From Camelus ferus (lineage: Eukaryota), in assembly GCF_009834535.1 (NCBI RefSeq), contig NC_045707.1, positions 47,246,001 to 47,310,000 on the forward strand: a DNA stretch of 64,000 nucleotides, in the 5' to 3' direction. A model generated the notes under the pieces. The model had not been told where the DNA came from and did not search any database. It worked only from the letters and a program-made list of their open reading frames with translations. The number at the start of each line of letters is the position of its first letter. Positions within the stretch are counted from its first letter, which is position 1. Shown here in pieces: positions 59,833 through 64,000 of the stretch. The position numbers were made by a program, and so were the translations under genes.

Positions 59833-60530
59833 TGGGCCATGTTGCTTCTTCTGGCTGTCAGCTTGGTTGGTTAAAGGGCAGTGAAGGTCATAGAAGTCCC
59901 CTTGTAGGGTCAGTTCACTTCACTTCATTCCGTTCATCAGCCCTATGTTCAGACCAAGTCATGACCAGCATGTCCAGAGACCCAGAAGTTGTAAGACACC
60001 CCCCCACCCCCAACAAGCCCATGGATTTGATGGGAAACAGAATGCCCTGTGGATGGTGGATTAGTCTTGGCATTGCATTTAGGGGGGATGGGCCATTTGG
60101 ACATGGAACTCATTAGTTGGCAAAACACAGTAAAGACAGAAATGAATCACTTGTGACTGGTGGAGGGACCTGTGATGTATCAGCAGTTCTTCATTCTGGC
60201 TCCCTCTCTCTTTCTCTCTGTCTCTCTCAGTCCAGGCCTTTCAGTCTCCCTCCAGTAAGGCTCCCCACTTCCTATTCCTTTCCCTCCCAATCCTCACTTC
60301 TTTCTTTCTCTTCATCTTTGTTTCTGCTTCTCTCTCTTTCTCTCATTCCTCACCTGCCCCTTTTCTTTCTCTCCAATTCCCTTTTCCCCATTTCTTCAGG
60401 GAGGAAACAGTAGAAGATTCTGAATTTAGTCACTGAACACAGAGTGGACATTCTTCTGTACTTGGCCTTGTGTTCTTGACACTGATACTCGGTCCTGGGG
60501 CTGTGCTTGCTCCCCTTTCTGTCAGCGTGT

Positions 60531-60537
60531 GCGCACG

Positions 60538-60577
<40 letters not shown>
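60531..60577. repeat. (CG/CA)n microsatellite
   Basis: Read directly. Confidence 0.95.
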
Positions 60578-60578
<1 letters not shown>

Positions 60579-63259
60579 CACTCCATTACTTTCTTTTCCT
60601 GACACACACTCACACCTCAGAAAGATTATATTCATAATACCCACTGGCATTTCTAGATGCCAGTATTCATTTTGGGAGCACACTTGCTTCTCTTGCTTGG
60701 AACAGACTGAATTTTCCACTGGCTCAGAGTTTTGAAGTTCTTCCGGCTGAGAGAGGAGTGAGAGTCTCTGGGGGACCAGCCATGTGTCAGGGTGCTATCG
60801 GCTTTCTGCACCAAGGGGCGCGCTCAGGAGAGCAGAACATTTGTAGAAGGACTCGTGGCCACATTTGGCCCAGGCAGCTCATGTTGCACTTTTAAAAATG
60901 CAACCTGGTGGTGAAAAGGGCATCTGGAATGGAGAGACCAGGTATCAAGGGGGAATGAATCCTACTGGGCTGATACTTACAGACCAACAGAAATAGATCT
61001 ATTTCCTAGACTACAGAAAAAGAGGGTACTCAAGCCAGTCAATCCCTGAAGGACAAATTATAACTCACTCAATGTCTGTGAATTCATATGAATTCACCTT
61101 CAATTAGGAGTGGCAGCAGAAGGCTCTCATTTCTCAAAACTGTACTCAACGCTGCCTTTCTTTATAGTCAGTCTTGGGCAGGTCTTCTCCTGTTTTTTTG
61201 TTTTTAGCTGTTCCATGAAATATCCTTAAAAGGGTTCAAAGGCACCCATTCCACAATTAGAGCTATGCCTTGAAATCGTCATTTCTGTGAGAGTTGACTC
61301 ACTGAAGTTAATTCACACTAAAGTGTGAGTGACTAATATAAGATTCTTTCCTTTCGTGCAAACAGGTTTTTAAAACAAGAAATATGGGAGAATATGTGTG
61401 TGAGAGAGAGAAGTCTGAGAGGAAACTGAGTGAAAGAACAAAGGAATGGAATGCTGGGGGTTATACAATTTGATAACAATGCTCAGCATTGGTCCCAATT
61501 AATTTTATGGAGGCAATTGCTTAGCTTAATTATGGATTTCTCCTCATAAGTTTCTAGCACTCAGTATCAATTAGACCTTAAATTGGTTGGTTTTCTTAGC
61601 CTCTCATATGAGAGTCTCTTTAGAGGGTAAGATGGGAAGGTGGCAAGAAAGAGGGGGAAGGTACTAAAATGGATCAGAACCATTGCTCAGAGGCTGGTGT
61701 TTCATCACCTCCCATGGAATTTCATCAGATGTCATTTCAAACCAGAGCTAACATGCTCTTCCCTTGTACTTAACAGCAAACAAATCTTGGGAGAATTCTT
61801 TCCGCCTGAGCACTTCCTCAAGTCATCCGTCTTTCAGTGGAATTTATGAACAATTTGATGTTGATTTCTAGTCTGGCTACCATTTGGTACCTGTATGGGT
61901 CACCAAGCAAAGAGGCATAACATGTCACAAGTTCCACAGATAAATACCACCTGATTTTAGCTGTTCAGTGAGCTCCAAGGTCAAGAGAGGGGTTACCACC
62001 AATAGAAAAGTGTTGTTTTCAACACAGAATGTGCTGTACACATTAGTGACACGTACCACATTCATTAAGCAATTTGTGCAGGTTACCATGAACTTGTCAA
62101 CAGTGTCTGTGTAAACTTTGCAATGAAATTCACTTTGTTGTCAGCCCAACTTTTTAAGTCAGCCCACAAGGAAGTAGAGAACACAGAAGAGAAGGAGATG
62201 GGTCCCAGGGACACCCTCTGCCATGTGAGGTGTTTCCCTCTGACATCTTGAAGGGAAGAGGGCAGTTGAGTTCAAGATCGCTGCCTTTAGAGAGAAGGGA
62301 GAGAAAAATTTTCTGCAGGATCCTCTTCCTTTAGAAGAAGAGTGAGGCTCCAGCCCCAGATTATATAGAAGTAACGTAGAAAAACTAGGCTTCACCACTG
62401 GAAAAAAAAATAGTTTTCAGTGTTTGAAAACTGGGAATAATAATACCTTTGGTACAAAGTTAAGAGGTAATGAGATAAACTATGGAAAGTACCTAATATG
62501 ATACCTGGTTTCTAGCAGCCACTCAGTTATCATCTGTTTCTTTCTGGCTATCACCAGGTGTGGCTGGAGGCAACACCCTGTTCATGGCTAATTTTGTTCA
62601 TCAATATTCCAGCCATCAGACTAATGGGATAATATATTGTTTCTTTCAGTTTCATTCCCTCCCTTTCTTCCTTCCATTATGTTAATTGTCTACTTTGTCC
62701 CAGGCACATGGTGAGCACTGGGAGCCCAAGGATGAATCACTCACAGAAGCTCTGAGGTGTGAAGAAGGCAAACCAGAGCGGCATTAACTTCAGAAGCACA
62801 TATTGGGCACTATTGGAACCAGGCACGGGACCAACAAAGACAGATGTGGTTTCTGACCCCACAGAACTTACTCTTGAAAATGGATGATTATGAGGGAGAA
62901 TAATGAGAGCAATAGAGTTCTTGTTATGAGTGCAAAAATGAGGGAATTCAACCAGGGGTTTGGGGGAAGGCTTCCCAGGAGAGGTGGCCTTTCTCTGGAT
63001 GCTCGGGGTACAGTGGGACGGAACCCTCGAGGCAGAGGGACGACCTGAAGGACCTGGAAGGTGTGGGGCCAGGAGTAGCTGTGTGCTGCCCCAGCTGGGA
63101 GTGACCCCTACTGAACAACAACAGATGCCAGCATCCGGGACAGCGTCTGGGGTGCTGAGAGCTCTGGGGGACATTGGCAGGTTGTAGGTTAGGGTTGCAA
63201 CTAGGAAGTTAGATTTTTCATGGCTGCTGGAAAATTTGGCAATGAAGTAGCCTTTAACC

Positions 63260-63330
63260 ATTCATTCATTTAGTCAATGAATATTTTTCTGAGCACCTAC
63301 TATGCGCCAGAGACTGCTGGCTGCTAGGAA
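63260..63330 (-). mobile_element. L2 3' end
   Basis: attcattcatttagtcaatgaatatttttctgagcacctactatgcgccag. Confidence 0.8.
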
Positions 63331-63399
63331 GAATGAGGAGAGCAAGGTTCTCGGTTTCTGTTTAGTGGGATCTGAGCTTTAGGCCAAATTTCCCTAGGG

Positions 63400-63628
63400 C
63401 AATAATTCTCAAAGTGTTACGGATACAGCTGGGCATTTGAGGTGGTTTGAAGTGGTGCAAAGATGAACACTTTGGATTTTATGAGTTGGCTCGGCTTAGG
63501 GTAAGCTAAATAAAAATGTGAGTGTCTTTAAAGGAAAATATCAAGTAAGAATAGTGTAAGTGATAGGCGGGCACAGCAAAAGCTGTGAAGAGGGGATGTG
63601 GGGGACTAAGGTTCTGGAAATACTCTAT
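63400..63628. mobile_element. hAT-Charlie element fragment
   Basis: Termini caataattctcaaagtgt...aggttctggaaatact resemble Charlie-family ends. Confidence 0.5.
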
Positions 63629-64000
63629 TACAAAAATATGAATAACTTAGGAACATAAAAACTACATCAGGTTAGAGACATAATGCCTTTTCCCTTGACT
63701 GATCCCCAAAGCCTCCCATTTTAGGGCGGTGAAGGGGTGTCTGGTGCTCAGACCAGCTGGGAGAATCACCGAGTCACCCCCAACAAAAGCGTTTGTGCCC
63801 TTACTTCTCTCCACATACCTTTCCTCTTTCCTGGCTGTCTTGGGCTCTTTTTGACCTTGGCAGCGTCTATAAGAGATAATAAACAGGAGGATGTGGGAAC
63901 ATGTGGGTTGTCTCAGCATAGCACACATGGGAGAGAGACTGCAGTGCAGTGGAAAGAATCCAGAGACTGGAATCAGAAGATCAAATGTTCAAATCTTAGT

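Noticed and set aside
60806..60824. CTCF-like motif gcaccaaggggcgc
   Set aside because: Mismatches at core positions of CCASYAGRKGGCRS; too weak to call.
62737..63261. 174-aa minus-strand ORF
   Set aside because: Partly overlaps an L2 remnant, resembles no known protein and has no convincing splice context.
1..64000. CRISPR array, operon or other prokaryote-type system; CpG-island promoter
   Set aside because: The sequence is mammalian repeat-rich DNA with no regularly spaced repeat-spacer array, no dense coding region and no CpG island.

Overview
Eutherian genomic DNA, CpG-depleted and rich in repeats. It is probably from a camelid (alpaca, llama or camel): it carries three copies of a tRNA-Ala-derived SINE that I recognise as the camelid Vic-1 type. 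I recognise no protein-coding gene, RNA gene or CpG island, so the window reads as intronic or intergenic. Much of it is interspersed repeats: MIR, L2, L3/CR1, old and lineage-specific L1, MaLR/ERVL/ERV1 LTRs, a truncated ERV1 provirus with a tRNA-His primer-binding site, hAT-type MITEs and microsatellites. Most ORFs in the track are chance or repeat-derived; only L1 ORF2 remnants are identifiable. I cannot support a claim of a new biological system. The best-supported observations are retrotransposition scars: a poly(A)-only insertion, a twin-primed inverted L1, a chimeric L1 3' end and a target-site duplication (TSD) with reciprocal CpG decay. Speculative leads are a three-exon minus-strand model for a 53-aa Cys/His-containing microprotein, a plus-strand microexon, a symmetric 390-nt open exon-like segment and several motif-dense unique segments that may be enhancers or a promoter. 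Repeat family names and boundaries were assigned by eye and are approximate.
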